Part shown: one piece after another, positions 11,590 to 25,970 of the stretch | How positions within the stretch are numbered: the first letter of the stretch is position 1 | How the letters are laid out: the number at the start of each line of letters is the position of its first letter | Assembly (NCBI GenBank): GCA_964016885.1 | Contig: CAXHJY010000096.1 | Coordinates: 744,001 to 808,000, forward strand | Origin: Eledone cirrhosa | Taxonomy: Eukaryota | Direction of reading: 5' to 3' | DNA: 64,000 bases | Notes under the pieces: generated by a model | Databases searched by the model: none | What the model was told of the DNA's origin: nothing | The model's input: the letters and a program-made list of their open reading frames with translations, nothing else | Position numbers and translations under genes: made by a program

Positions 11590-14500
11590 AAGATAATTTC
11601 CAGCCCTCCAAGGGGCTATAATTTCTAGTGTCCAAGGGGAGATAATTTCCAGCCAGCGAAGGGGAGATAATTTTTTTTAAAAAATCATTGGGAGATTTGT
11701 AAAAAAAATCAGGGGGAGATAATTTGTAAAAAAAATCAAGGGGAGATAATTTCCAGCCGTCCAAGGGGAGGTAATATCTAGCCGTCCAAGGGTAGATAAT
11801 TTCCAGCCGTCCAACGGGAGATAATTTCCAGCCGTCCAAGGGTAGATAATATCCAGCCGCCCAAGGACATATTTTCCAGCCGTCCAAGGAGAGGTAATTT
11901 CTAGCCGTCCAAGGGGAGATAATTTCCAGCCGTCCAAGGGTAGATAATATCCAGCCGTCCAAGGACATATTTTCCAGCCGTCCAAGGAGAGGTAATTTCT
12001 AGCCGTCCAAGGGGAGATAAATTCCAGCCTCCAAGGGGAGATAATTTCCAGCCAGCCAAGGGGAGATAATTTGTAAAAAAATCAGGGGGAGATAATTTGT
12101 AAAAAAAATCAGGGGGAGATAATTTGTAAAAAAAAATCAGGGGGAGATAATTTGTAAAAAAAAATCAGGGTGAGATAATTTGCAAAAAAAATCAGGGGGA
12201 GATAATTTGTAAAAGAAAATCAGGGGTAGATAATTTGTAAAAAAAAATCAGGGGGAGATAATTTGTAAAAAAAAATCAGGGGGAGATAATTTGTAAAAAA
12301 AATCAAGGGGAGATAATTTCCAGCCGTCCAAGGAGAGATAATTTAAAAAAAAATCAGGCGGAGATAATTTGTAAAAAAAAATCAGGGGGAGATAATTTGT
12401 AAAAAAAATCAGGGGGAGATAATTTGTAAAAAAAAATCAGGGGTAGATAATTTGTAAAAAAAAATCAGGGGGAGATAATTTGTAAAAAAAAATCAGGAGG
12501 AGATAATTTGTAAAAAAAATCAAGGGGAGATAATTTCCAGCCGTCCAAGGAGAGATAATTTAAAAAAAAATCAGGCGGAGATAATTTGTAAAAAAAAATC
12601 AGGGGGAGATAATTTGTAAAAAAAAATCAGGGGGAGATAATTTGTAAAAAAAATCAAGGGGAGATAATTTCCAGCCGTCCAAGGGGAGATAATTTTCAGC
12701 CGTCCAAGGGGAGATAATTTCCCGCCAGCCAAGGGAAGATAATATTCAAAAAAATCAGGCGGAGATAATTTGTAAAAAAAATCAGGGGGAGATAATTTGT
12801 AAAAAAATCAGGGGGAGATAATTTGTAAAAAAAAAAATCAGGGGGAGATAATTTGTAAAAAAAATCAGGGGGAGATAATTTGTAAAAAAAATCAGGGGTA
12901 GATAATTTGTAAAAAAAAATCAGGGGGAGATAATTTGTAAAAAAAAATCAGGGGGAGATAATTTGTAAAAAAAATGAAAGGGGAGATAATATCCAGCCGT
13001 CCAAGGGGAGATAATTTCCAGCCGTCCAAGGGGAGATAATTTCCAGCCGTCCAAGGGGAGATAAATTCCATCCTTCCAAGGGGATATAATTTCCAGCCGT
13101 CCAAGGGGAGATAATTTCCATCCTTCCAAGGGGATATAATTTCCAGCCGTCCAAGGGGAGATAATTTTCAGCCGTCCAAGGAGAGGTAATTTCTAGCCGT
13201 CCAAGGAGAGATAATTTCCAGCCGTCCAAGGGGAGATAATTTCCAGCCGTCCAAGGGGAGATAATTTCCAGCCGTCCAAGGAGACATATTTTCCAGCCGT
13301 CCAAGGAGAGGTAATTCCTAGCCGTCCAAGGGGAGATAAATTCCAGCCTCCAAGGGGAGATAATTTCCAGCCAGCCAAGGGGAGATAATTTGTAAAAAAA
13401 ATCAGGGGGAGATAATTTGTAAAAAAAATCAGGGGGAGATAATTTGTAAAAAAAAATCAGGGGTAGATAATTTGTAAAAAATAATCAGGGGGAGATAATT
13501 TGTAAAAAAAATCAAGGGGAGATAATTTCCAGCCGTCCAAGGGGAGATAATTTTCAGCCGTCCAAGGGGAGATAATTTCCCGCCAGCCAAGGGAAGATAA
13601 TATTTAAAAAAATTAGGCGGAGATAATTTGTAAAAAAAATCAGGGGGAGATAATTTGTAAAAAAATCAGGGGGAGATAATTTGTAAAAAAAATCAGGGGG
13701 AGATAATTTGTAAAAAAAATCAGGGGGAGATAATTTGTAAAAAAAAATCAGGGGGAGATAATTTGTAAAAAAAATCAAGGGGAGATAATTTCCAGCCGTC
13801 CAAGGGAAGATAATTTCCAGCCCTCCAAGGGGCTATAATTTCCAGCGTCCAAGGGGAGATAATTTCCAGCCAGCGAAGGGGAGATAATTTTTTTAAAAAA
13901 ATCATTGGGAGATTTGTAAAAAAAATCAGGGGGAGATAATTTGTAAAAAAAATCAAGGGGAGATAATTTCCAGCCGTCCAAGGGGAGGTAATATCTAGCC
14001 GTCCAAGGGGAGATAATTTCCAGCCGTCCAAGGGGAGATAATTTCCAGCCGTCCAAGGGTAGATAATATCCAGCCGTCCAAGGACATATTTTCCAGCCGT
14101 CCAAGGAGAGGTAATTTCTAGCCGTCCAAGGGGAGATAAATTCCAGCCTCCAAGGTGAGATAATTTCCAGCCAGCCAAGGGGAGATAATTTGTAAAAAAA
14201 TCAGGGGGAGATAATTTGTAAAAAAAATCAGGGGGAGATAATTTGTAAAAAAAAATCAGGGGGAGATAATTTGTAAAAAAAAATCAGGGGGAGATAATTT
14301 GTAAAAAAAAATCAGGGGGAGATAATTTGTAAAAAAATCAAGGGGAGATAATTTGTAAAAAGAATCAGGGGGAGATAATTTGTAAAAAAAAATCAGGGGT
14401 AGATAAATTGTAAAAAAAAATCAGGGGGAGATAATTTGTAAAAAAAATCAGGGGGAGATAATTTGTAAAAAAAATGAAAGGGGAGATAATATCCAGCCGT

Positions 14501-17500
14501 CCAAGGGGAGATAATTTCCAGCCGTCCAAGGGGAGATAATTTCCAGCCGTCCAAGGGGAGATAATTTCCATCCTTCCAAGGGGATATAATTTCCAGCCGT
14601 CCAAGGGGAGATAATTTCCCGCCAGCCAAGGGAAGATAATTTTTAAAAAAATCAGGCGGAGATTGTAAAAAAATCAGGGGGGAGATAATTTGTAAAAAAA
14701 TCAGGGGAAGATAATTTGTAAAAAAAAATCAGGGGGAGATAATTTGTAAAAAATAATCAGGGGGAGATAATTTCCAGCCCTCCAAGGGGCTATAATTTCC
14801 AGTGTCCAAGGGGAGATAATTTCCAGCCAGCGAAGGGGAGATAATTTTTTTTTAAAAATCATTGGGAGATTTGTAAAAAAAATCAGGGGGAGATAATTTG
14901 TAAAAAAAATCAAGGGGAGATAATTTCCAGCCGTCCAAGGGGAGGTAATATCTAGCCGTCCAAGGGTAGATAATTTCCAGCCGTCCAACGGGAGATAATT
15001 TCCAGCCGTCCAAGGGTAGATAATATCCAGCCGCCCAAGGACATATTTTCCAGCCGTCCAAGGAGAGGTAATTTCTAGCCGTCCAAGGGGAGATAATTTC
15101 CAGCCGTCCAAGGGTAGATAATATCCAGCCGTCCAAGGACATATTTTCCAGCCGTCCAAGGAGAGGTAATTTCTAGCCGTCCAAGGGGAGATAAATTCCA
15201 GCCTCCAAGGGGAGATAATTTCCAGCCAGCCAAGGGGAGATAATTTGTAAAAAAATCAGGGGGAGATAATTTGTAAAAAAAATCAGGGGGAGATAATTTG
15301 TAAAAAAAAATCAGGGGGAGATAATTTGTAAAAAAAAATCAGGGTGAGATAATTTGCAAAAAAAATCAGGGGGAGATAATTTGTAAAAAAAAATCAGGGG
15401 TAGATAATTTGTAAAAAAAAATCAGGGGGAGATAATTTGTAAAAAAAAATCAGGGGGAGATAATTTGTAAAAAAAATCAAGGGGAGATAATTTCCAGCCG
15501 TCCAAGGAGAGATAATTTAAAAAAAAATCAGGCGGAGATAATTTGTAAAAAAAAATCAGGGGGAGATAATTTGTAAAAAAAATCAGGGGGAGATAATTTG
15601 TAAAAAAAAATCAGGGGTAGATAATTTGTAAAAAAAAATCAGGGGGAGATAATTTGTAAAAAAAAATCAGGAGGAGATAATTTGTAAAAAAAATCAAGGG
15701 GAGATAATTTCCAGCCGTCCAAGGAGAGATAATTTAAAAAAAAATCAGGCGGAGATAATTTGTAAAAAAAAATCAGGGGGAGATAATTTGTAAAAAAAAA
15801 TCAGGGGGAGATAATTTGTAAAAAAAATCAAGGGGAGATAATTTCCAGCCGTCCAAGGGGAGATAATTTTCAGCCGTCCAAGGGGAGATAATTTCCCGCC
15901 AGCCAAGGGAAGATAATATTCAAAAAAATCAGGCGGAGATAATTTGTAAAAAAAATCAGGGGGAGATAATTTGTAAAAAAATCAGGGGGAGATAATTTGT
16001 AAAAAAAAAAATCAGGGGGAGATAATTTGTAAAAAAAATCAGGGGGAGATAATTTGTAAAAAAAATCAGGGGTAGATAATTTGTAAAAAAAAATCAGGGG
16101 GAGATAATTTGTAAAAAAAAATCAGGGGGAGATAATTTGTAAAAAAAATGAAAGGGGAGATAATATCCAGCCGTCCAAGGGGAGATAATTTCCAGCCGTC
16201 CAAGGGGAGATAATTTCCAGCCGTCCAAGGGGAGATAATTTCCATCCTTCCAAGGGGATATAATTTCCAGCCGTCCAAGGGGAGATAATTTCCATCCTTC
16301 CAAGGGGATATAATTTCCAGCCGTCCAAGGGGAGATAATTTTCAGCCGTCCAAGGAGAGGTAATTTCTAGCCGTCCAAGGAGAGATAATTTCCAGCCGTC
16401 CAAGGGGAGATAATTTCCAGCCGTCCAAGGGGAGATAATTTCCAGCCGTCCAAGGAGACATATTTTCCAGCCGTCCAAGGAGAGGTAATTCCTAGCCGTC
16501 CAAGGGGAGATAAATTCCAGCCTCCAAGGGGAGATAATTTCCAGCCAGCCAAGGGGAGATAATTTGTAAAAAAAATCAGGGGGAGATAATTTGTAAAAAA
16601 AATCAGGGGGAGATAATTTGTAAAAAAAAATCAGGGGTAGATAATTTGTAAAAAATAATCAGGGGGAGATAATTTGTAAAAAAAATCAAGGGGAGATAAT
16701 TTCCAGCCGTCCAAGGGGAGATAATTTTCAGCCGTCCAAGGGGAGATAATTTCCCGCCAGCCAAGGGAAGATAATATTTAAAAAAATTAGGCGGAGATAA
16801 TTTGTAAAAAAAATCAGGGGGAGATAATTTGTAAAAAAATCAGGGGGAGATAATTTGTAAAAAAAATCAGGGGGAGATAATTTGTAAAAAAAATCAGGGG
16901 GAGATAATTTGTAAAAAAAAATCAGGGGGAGATAATTTGTAAAAAAAATCAAGGGGAGATAATTTCCAGCCGTCCAAGGGAAGATAATTTCCAGCCCTCC
17001 AAGGGGCTATAATTTCCAGCGTCCAAGGGGAGATAATTTCCAGCCAGCGAAGGGGAGATAATTTTTTTTAAAAAATCATTGGGAGATTTGTAAAAAAAAT
17101 CAGGGGGAGATAATTTGTAAAAAAAATCAAGGGGAGATAATTTCCAGCCGTCCAAGGGGAGGTAATATCTAGCCGTCCAAGGGGAGATAATTTCCAGCCG
17201 TCCAAGGGGAGATAATTTCCAGCCGTCCAAGGGTAGATAATATCCAGCCGTCCAAGGACATATTTTCCAGCCGTCCAAGGAGAGGTAATTTCTAGCCGTC
17301 CAAGGGGAGATAAATTCCAGCCTCCAAGGTGAGATAATTTCCAGCCAGCCAAGGGGAGATAATTTGTAAAAAAATCAGGGGGAGATAATTTGTAAAAAAA
17401 ATCAGGGGGAGATAATTTGTAAAAAAAAATCAGGGGGAGATAATTTGTAAAAAAAAATCAGGGGGAGATAATTTGTAAAAAAAAATCAGGGGGAGATAAT

Positions 17501-17520
17501 TTGTAAAAAAATCAAGGGGA
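11590..17520 (+). repeat. ~3174-bp tandem duplication
   Basis: Offsets 12892->16066, 13554->16728 and 13775->16949, and GGGCTATA 11613->14787, are all 3174. Both copies carry the CAGGGTGAG and CAGGAGGAG variants. Confidence 0.8.
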
Positions 17521-19950
17521 GATAATTTCCAGCCGTCCAAGGGGAGATAATTTTCAGCCGTCCAAGGGGAGATAATTTCCCGCCAGCCAAGGGAAGATAA
17601 TATTTGAAAAAATCAGGCGGAGATAATTTGTAAAAAAAATCAGGGGGAGATAATTTGTAAAAAAATCAGGGGGAGATAATTTGTAAAAAAAAAATCAGGG
17701 GGAGATAATTTGTAAAAAGAATCAGGGGGAGATAATTTGTAAAAAAAAATCAGGGGTAGATAAATTGTAAAAAAAAATCAGGGGGAGATAATTTGTAAAA
17801 AAAATCAGGGGGAGATAATTTGTAAAAAAAATGAAAGGGGAGATAATATCCAGCCGTCCAAGGGGAGATAATTTCCAGCCGTCCAAGGGGAGATAATTTC
17901 CAGCCGTCCAAGGGGAGATAATTTCCATCCTTCCAAGGGGATATAATTTCCAGCCGTCCAAGGGGAGATAATTTCCCGCCAGCCAAGGGAAGATAATTTT
18001 TAAAAAAATCAGGCGGAGATTGTAAAAAAAATCAGGGGGGAGATAATTTGTAAAAAAATCAGGGGGAGATAATTTGTAAAAAAAAATCAGGGGGAGATAA
18101 TTTGTAAAAAATAATCAGGGGGAGATAATTTGTAAAAAAAAATCAAGGGGAGATAATTTCCAGCCGTCCAAGGGGAGATAATTTCCCGCCAGCCAAGGGA
18201 AGATAATATTTAAAAAAATTAGGCGGAGATAATTTGTAAAAAAAATCAGGGGGAGATAATTTGTAAAAAAATCAGGGGGAGATAATTTGTAAAAAAAATC
18301 AGGGGGAGATAATTTGTAAAAAAATTCATGGGGAGATAATTTGTAAAAAAAAATCAGGGGTAGATAATTTGTAAAAAAAAATCAGGGGGAGATAATTTGT
18401 AAAAAAAAAATCAGGGGGAGATAATTTGTAAAAAAAAATCAGGGGGAGATAATTTGTAAAAAAAATCAAGGGGAGATAATTTCCAGCCGTCCAAGGGAAG
18501 ATAATTTCCAGCCCTCCAAGGGGCTATAATTTCCAGCGTCCAAGGGGAGATAATTTCCAGCCAGCGAAGGGGAGATAATTTTTTTTAAAAAATCATTGGG
18601 AGATTTGTAAAAAAAATCAGGGGGAGATAATTTGTAAAAAAAATCAAGGGGAGATAATTTCCAGCCGTCCAAGGGGAGGTAATATCTAGCCGTCCAAGGG
18701 GAGATAATTTCCAGCCGTCCAAGGGGAGATAATTTCCAGCCGTCCAAGGGTAGATAATATCCAGCCGTCCAAGGACATATTTTCCAGCCGTCCAAGGAGA
18801 GGTAATTTCTAGCCGTCCAAGGGGAGATAAATTCCAGCCTCCAAGGTGAGATAATTTCCAGCCAGCCAAGGGGAGATAATTTGTAAAAAAATCAGGGGGA
18901 GATAATTTGTAAAAAAAATCAGGGGGAGATAATTTGTAAAAAAAAATCAGGGGGAGATAATTTGTAAAAAAAAATCAGGGGGAGATAATTTGTAAAAAAA
19001 AATCAGGGGGAGATAATTTGTAAAAAAATCAAGGGGAGATAATTTCCAGCCGTCCAAGGGGAGATAATTTTCAGCCGTCCAAGGGGAGATAATTTCCCGC
19101 CAGCCAAGGGAAGATAATATTTGAAAAAATCAGGCGGAGATAATTTGTAAAAAAAATCAGGGGGAGATAATTTGTAAAAAAATCAGGGGGAGATAATTTG
19201 TAAAAAAAAAATCAGGGGGAGATAATTTGTAAAAAGAATCAGGGGGAGATAATTTGTAAAAAAAAATCAGGGGTAGATAAATTGTAAAAAAAAATCAGGG
19301 GGAGATAATTTGTAAAAAAAATCAGGGGGAGATAATTTGTAAAAAAAATGAAAGGGGAGATAATATCCAGCCGTCCAAGGGGAGATAATTTCCAGCCGTC
19401 CAAGGGGAGATAATTTCCAGCCGTCCAAGGGGAGATAATTTCCATCCTTCCAAGGGGATATAATTTCCAGCCGTCCAAGGGGAGATAATTTCCCGCCAGC
19501 CAAGGGAAGATAATTTTTAAAAAAATCAGGCGGAGATTGTAAAAAAAATCAGGGGGGAGATAATTTGTAAAAAAATCAGGGGGAGATAATTTGTAAAAAA
19601 AAATCAGGGGGAGATAATTTGTAAAAAATAATCAGGGGGAGATAATTTGTAAAAAAAAATCAAGGGGAGATAATTTCCAGCCGTCCAAGGGGAGATAATT
19701 TCCCGCCAGCCAAGGGAAGATAATATTTAAAAAAATTAGGCGGAGATAATTTGTAAAAAAAATCAGGGGGAGATAATTTGTAAAAAAATCAGGGGGAGAT
19801 AATTTGTAAAAAAAATCAGGGGGAGATAATTTGTAAAAAAATTCATGGGGAGATAATTTGTAAAAAAAAATCAGGGGTAGATAATTTGTAAAAAAAAATC
19901 AGGGGGAGATAATTTGTAAAAAAAAAATCAGGGGGAGATAATTTGTAAAA
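16900..19950 (+). repeat. 1517-bp tandem duplication
   Basis: Offsets 16949->18466, 17068->18585 and 17722->19239 are all 1517, with identical translations. Confidence 0.85.
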
Positions 19951-22179
19951 AAAATCAAGGGGAGATAATTTCCAGCCGTCCAAGGGGAGATAATTTTCAG
20001 TCGTCCAAGGAGAGGTAATTTCTAGCCGTCCAAGGGGAGATAATTTCCAGCCGTCCAAGGGGAGATAATTTCCAGCCGTCCAAGGGGAGATAATTTTTTT
20101 TAAAAAATCAGGCGGAGATAATTTGTAAAAAAAATCAGGGGGAGATAATTTGTAAACAAAATCAGGGGGAGATAATTTGTAAAAAAAAATCAGGGGGAGA
20201 TAATTTGTAAAAAAAATCAAGGGGAGATAATTTCCAGCCGTCCAAGGGGAGATAATTTTCAGTCGTCCAAGGAGAGGTAATTTCTAGCCGTCCAAGGGGA
20301 GATAATTTCCAGCCGTCCAAGGGGAGATAATTTCCAGCCGTCCAAGGGGAGATAATTTTAAAAAAAAAATCAGGCGGAGATTATTTGTAAAAAAAATCAA
20401 GGGGAGATAATTTGCAGCCGTCCAAGGGGAGATAATTTTCAGTCGTCCAAGGAGAGGTAATTTCTAGCCGTCCAAGGGGAGATAATTGCCAGCCGTCCAA
20501 GGGGAGATAATTTCCAGCCGTCCAAGGGGAGATAATTTTTTTTAAAAAATCAGGCGGAGATAATTTGTAAAAAAAATCAGGGGGAGATAATTTGTAAACA
20601 AAATCAGGGGGAGATAATTTGTAAAAAAAAATCAGGGGGAGATAATTTGTAAAAAAAATCATGGAGAGATAATTTCCAGCCGTCCAAGGTGAGATAATTT
20701 CCAGCCGTCCAAGGAGACATATTTTCCAGCCGTCCAAGGCGAGGTAATTTCTAGCCGTCCAAGGGGAGATAAATTCCAGCCTCCAAGGGGAGATAATTTC
20801 CAGCCAGCCAAGTGGAGATAATTTGTAAAAAAATCAGGGGGAGATAATTTGTAAAAAATATCAGGGAGATAATTTGTAAAAAAAAATCAGGGGGAGATAA
20901 TTTGTAAAAAAAATCAGGGGGAGATAATTTGTAAAAAAAAATCAGGGGGAGATAATTTGTAAAAAAAATCAAGGGGAGATAATTTCCAGCCGTCCAAGGG
21001 GAGATAATTTTCAGCCGTCCAAGGGGAGATAATTTCCCGCCAGCCAAGGGAAGATAATATTTAAAAAAATCAGGCGGAGACAATTTGTAAAAAAAATCAG
21101 GGGGAGATAATTTGTAAAAAAATCAGGGGGAGATAATTTGTAAAAAAAAAATCAGGGGGAGATAATTTGTAAAAAAAATCAGGGGGAGATAATTTGTAAA
21201 AAAAAATCAGGGATAGATAATTTGTAAACAAAAATCAGGGGGAGATAATTTGTAAAAAAAAATCAGGGGGAGATAATTTGTAAAAAAAATGAAAGGGGAG
21301 ATAATATCCAGCCGTCCAAGGGGAGATAATTTCCAGCCGTCCAAGGGGATATAATTTCCAGCCGTCCAAGGGGAGATAATTTCCATCCTTCCAAGGGGAT
21401 ATAATTTCCAGCCGTCCAAGGGGAGATAATTTCCCGCCAGCCAAGGGAAGATAATTTTTTAAAAAATCAGGCGGAGATTGTAAAAAAAATCAGGGGGGAG
21501 ATAATTTGTAAAAAAATCAGGGGGAGATAATTTGTAAAAAATAATCAGCGGGAGATAATTTGTAAAAAAATTCAAGGGGAGATAATTTCCAGCCGTCCAA
21601 GGGGAGATAATTTCCCGCCAGCCAAGGGAAGATAATATTTAAAAAAATTAGGCGGAGATAATTTGTAAAAAAAATCAGGGGGAGATAATTTGTAAAAAAA
21701 TCAGGGGGAGATAATTTGTAAAAAAAATCAGGGGGAGATAATTTGTAAAAAAAATCATGGGGAGATAATTTGTAAAAAAAAATCAGGGGTAGATAATTTG
21801 TAAAAAAAAATCAGGGGGAGATAATTTGTAAAAAAAAATCAGGGGGAGATAATTTGTAAAAAAAATCAAGGGGAGATAATATCCAGCCGTCCAAGGAGAG
21901 ATAATTTAAAAAAAAAATGAGGCGGAGATAATTTGTAAAAAAAAAATCAGGGGGAGTTAATTTGTAAAAAAAAATGAGGGGGAGATAATTTGTAAAAAAA
22001 ATCAAGGGGAGATAATTTCCAGCCGTCCAAGGGGAGATAATTTTCAGCCGTCCAAGGAGAGGTAATTTCTAGCCGTCCAAGGGGAGATAATTTCCAGCCG
22101 TCCAAGGGGAGGTAATTTCCAGCCGTCCAAGGGGAGATAATTTAAAAAAAAAAATCAGGCGGAGATAATTTGTAAAAAA

Positions 22180-25100
22180 AATCAAGGGGAGATAATTTGC
22201 AGCCGTCCAAGGGGAGATAATTTTCAGCCGTCCAAGGAGAGGTAATTTCTAGCCGTTCAAGGGGAGATAATTTCCAGCCGTCCAAGGGGAGATAATTTCC
22301 AGCCGTCCAAGGGGAGATAATTTTTTTTAAAAAATCAGGCGGAGATAATTTGTAAAAAAAAATCAGGGGGAGATAATTCGTAAAAAAAAATCAGGGGGAG
22401 ATAATTTGTAAAAAAAAATCAGGGGGAGATAATTTGTAAAAAAAATCAAGGGGAGATAATTTCCAGCCGTCCAAGGGGAGGTAATATCTAGCCGTCCAAG
22501 GGGAGATAATTTCCAGCCGTCCAAGGGGAGATAATTTCCAGCCGTCCAAGGGGAGATAATTTCCAGCCGTCCAAGGAGACATATTTTCCAGCCGTCCAAG
22601 GCGAGGTAATTTCTAGCCGTCCAAGGGGAGATTAATTCCAGCCTCCAAGGGGAGATAATTTCCAGCCAGCCAAGGGGAGATAATTTGTAAAAAAATCGGG
22701 GAGATAATTTGTAAAAAATATCAGGGAGATAATTTGTAAAAAAAAATCAGGGGGAGATAATTTGTAAAAAAAATCAGGGGGAGATAATTTGTAAAAAAAA
22801 ATCAGGGGGAGATAATTTGTAAAAAAAATCAAGGGGAGATAATTTCCAGCCGTCCAAGGGGAGATAATTTTCAGCCGTCCAAGGAGAGGTAATTTCTAAC
22901 CGTCCGAGGAGAGATAATTTCCAGCCGTCCAAGGGGAGATAATTTCCAGCCGTCCAAGGGGAGATAATTTCCAGCCGTCCAAGGAGACATATTTTCCAGC
23001 CGTCCAAGGAGAGGTAATTTCTAGCCGTCCAAGGGGAGATAAATTCCAGCCTCCAAGGGGAGATAATTTCCAGCCAGCCAAGGGGAGATAATTTGTAAAA
23101 AAATCAGGGGGAGATAATTTGCAAAAAAAATCAGGGGGAGATAATTTGTAAAAAAAATCAGGGGGAGATAATTTGTAAAAAATAATCAGGGGGAGATAAT
23201 TTCCAGCCGTCCAAGGGAAGATAATTTCCAGCCCTCCAAGGGGCTATAATTTCCAGTGTCCAAGGGGAGATAATTTCCAGCCAGCGAAGGGGAGATAATT
23301 TTTTTTAAAAAATCATTGGGAGATTTGTAAAAAAAATCAGGGGGAGATAATTTGTAAAAAAAATCAAGGGGAGATAATTTCCAGCCGTCCAAGGGGAGGT
23401 AATATCTAGCCGTCCAAGGGTAGATAATTTCCAGCCGTCCAACGGGAGATAATTTCCAGCCGTCCAAGGGTAGATAATATCCAGCCGCCCAAGGACATAT
23501 TTTCCAGCCATCCAAGGAGAGGTAATTTCTAGCCGTCCAAGGGGAGATAATTTCCAGCCGTCCAAGGGTAGATAATATCCAGCCGTCCAAGGACATATTT
23601 TCCAGCCGTCCAAGGAGAGGTAATTTCTAGCCGTCCAAGGGGAGATAAATTCCAGCCTCCAAGGGGAGATAATTTCCAGCCAGCCAAGGGGAGATAATTT
23701 GTAAAAAAATCAGGGGGAGATAATTTGTAAAAAAAATCAGGGGGAGATAATTTGTAAAAAAAAATCAGGGGGAGATAATTTGTAAAAAAAAATCAGGGTG
23801 AGATAATTTGCAAAAAAAATCAGGGGGAGATAATTTGTAAAAGAAAATCAGGGGTAGATAATTTGTAAAAAAAAATCAGGGGGAGATAATTTGTAAAAAA
23901 AAATCAGGGGGAGATAATTTGTAAAAAAAATCAAGGGGAGATAATTTCCAGCCGTCCAAGGAGAGATAATTTAAAAAAAAATCAGGCGGAGATAATTTGT
24001 AAAAAAAAATCAGGGGGAGATAATTTGTAAAAAAAATCAGGGGGAGATAATTTGTAAAAAAAAATCAGGGGTAGATAATTTGTAAAAAAAAATCAGGGGG
24101 AGATAATTTGTAAAAAAAAATCAGGAGGAGATAATTTGTTAAAAAAATCAAGGGGAGATAATTTCCAGCCGTCCCAGGAGAGATAATTTAAAAAAAAATC
24201 AGGCGGAGATAATTTGTAAAAAAAAATCAGGGGGAGATAATTTGTAAAAAAAAATCAGGGGGAGATAATTTGTAAAAAAAATCAAGGGGAGATAATTTCC
24301 AGCCGTCCAAGGGGAGATAATTTTCAGCCGTCCAAGGGGAGATAATTTCCCGCCAGCCAAGGGAAGATAATATTCAAAAAAATCAGGCGGAGATAATTTG
24401 TAAAAAAAATCAGGGGGAGATAATTTGTAAAAAAATCAGGGGGAGATAATTTGTAAAAAAAAAAATCAGGGGGAGATAATTTGTAAAAAAAATCAGGGGG
24501 AGATAATTTGTAAAAAAAATCAGGGGTAGATAATTTGTAAAAAAAAATCAGGGGGAGATAATTTGTAAAAAAAAATCAGGGGGAGATAATTTGTAAAAAA
24601 AATGAAAGGGGAGATAATATCCAGCCGTCCAAGGGGAGATAATTTCCAGCCGTCCAAGGGGAGATAATTTCCAGCCGTCCAAGGGGAGATAAATTCCATC
24701 CTTCCAAGGGGATATAATTTCCAGCCGTCCAAGGGGAGATAATTTCCATCCTTCCAAGGGGATATAATTTCCAGCCGTCCAAGGGGAGATAATTTTCAGC
24801 CGTCCAAGGAGAGGTAATTTCTAGCCGTCCAAGGAGAGATAATTTCCAGCCGTCCAAGGGGAGATAATTTCCAGCCGTCCAAGGGGAGATAATTTCCAGC
24901 CGTCCAAGGAGACATATTTTCCAGCCGTCCAAGGAGAGGTAATTCCTAGCCGTCCAAGGGGAGATAAATTCCAGCCTCCAAGGGGAGATAATTTCCAGCC
25001 AGCCAAGGGGAGATAATTTGTAAAAAAAATCAGGGGGAGATAATTTGTAAAAAAAATCAGGGGGAGATAATTTGTAAAAAAAAATCAGGGGTAGATAATT

Positions 25101-25970
25101 TGTAAAAAATAATCAGGGGGAGCTAATTTGTAAAAAAAATCAAGGGGAGATAATTTCCAGCCGTCCAAGGGGAGATAATTTTCAGCCGTCCAAGGGGAGA
25201 TAATTTCCCGCCAGCCAAGGGAAGATAATATTTAAAAAAATTAGGCGGAGATAATTTGTAAAAAAAATCAGGGGGAGATAATTTGTAAAAAAATCAGGGG
25301 GAGATAATTTGTAAAAAAAATCAGGGGGAGATAATTTGTAAAAAAAATCAGGGGGAGATAATTTGTAAAAAAAAATCAGGGGGAGATAATTTGTAAAAAA
25401 AATCAAGGGGAGATAATTTCCAGCCGTCCAAGGGAAGATAATTTCCAGCCCTCCAAGGGGCTATAATTTCCAGCGTCCAAGGGGAGATAATTTCCAGCCA
25501 GCGAAGGGGAGATAATTTTTTTTAAAAAATCATTGGGAGATTTGTAAAAAAAATCAGGGGGAGATAATTTGTAAACAAAATCAAGGGGAGATAATTTCCA
25601 GCCGTCCAAGGGGAGGTAATATCTAGCCGTCCAAGGGGAGATAATTTCCAGCCGTCCAAGGGGAGATAATTTCCAGCCGTCCAAGGGTAGATAATATCCA
25701 GCCGTCCAAGGACATATTTTCCAGCCGTCCAAGGAGAGGTAATTTCTAGCCGTCCAAGGGGAGATAAATTCCAGCCTCCAAGGTGAGATAATTTCCAGCC
25801 AGCCAAGGGGAGATAATTTGTAAAAAAATCAGGGGGAGATAATTTGTAAAAAAAATCAGGGGGAGATAATTTGTAAAAAAAAATCAGGGGGAGATAATTT
25901 GTAAAAAAAAATCAGGGGGAGATAATTTGTAAAAAAAAATCAGGGGGAGATAATTTGTAAAAAAACAAGG
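22180..25970 (+). repeat. Copy of ~10550-14340 at offset ~11,628 bp
   Basis: Offsets 11146->22774, 12892->24520 and 13554->25182. Shared rare variants are GATAAATTCCATCC (13060s/24690s) and GTAAAAGAAAATC (~12210/~23838). Confidence 0.85.
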
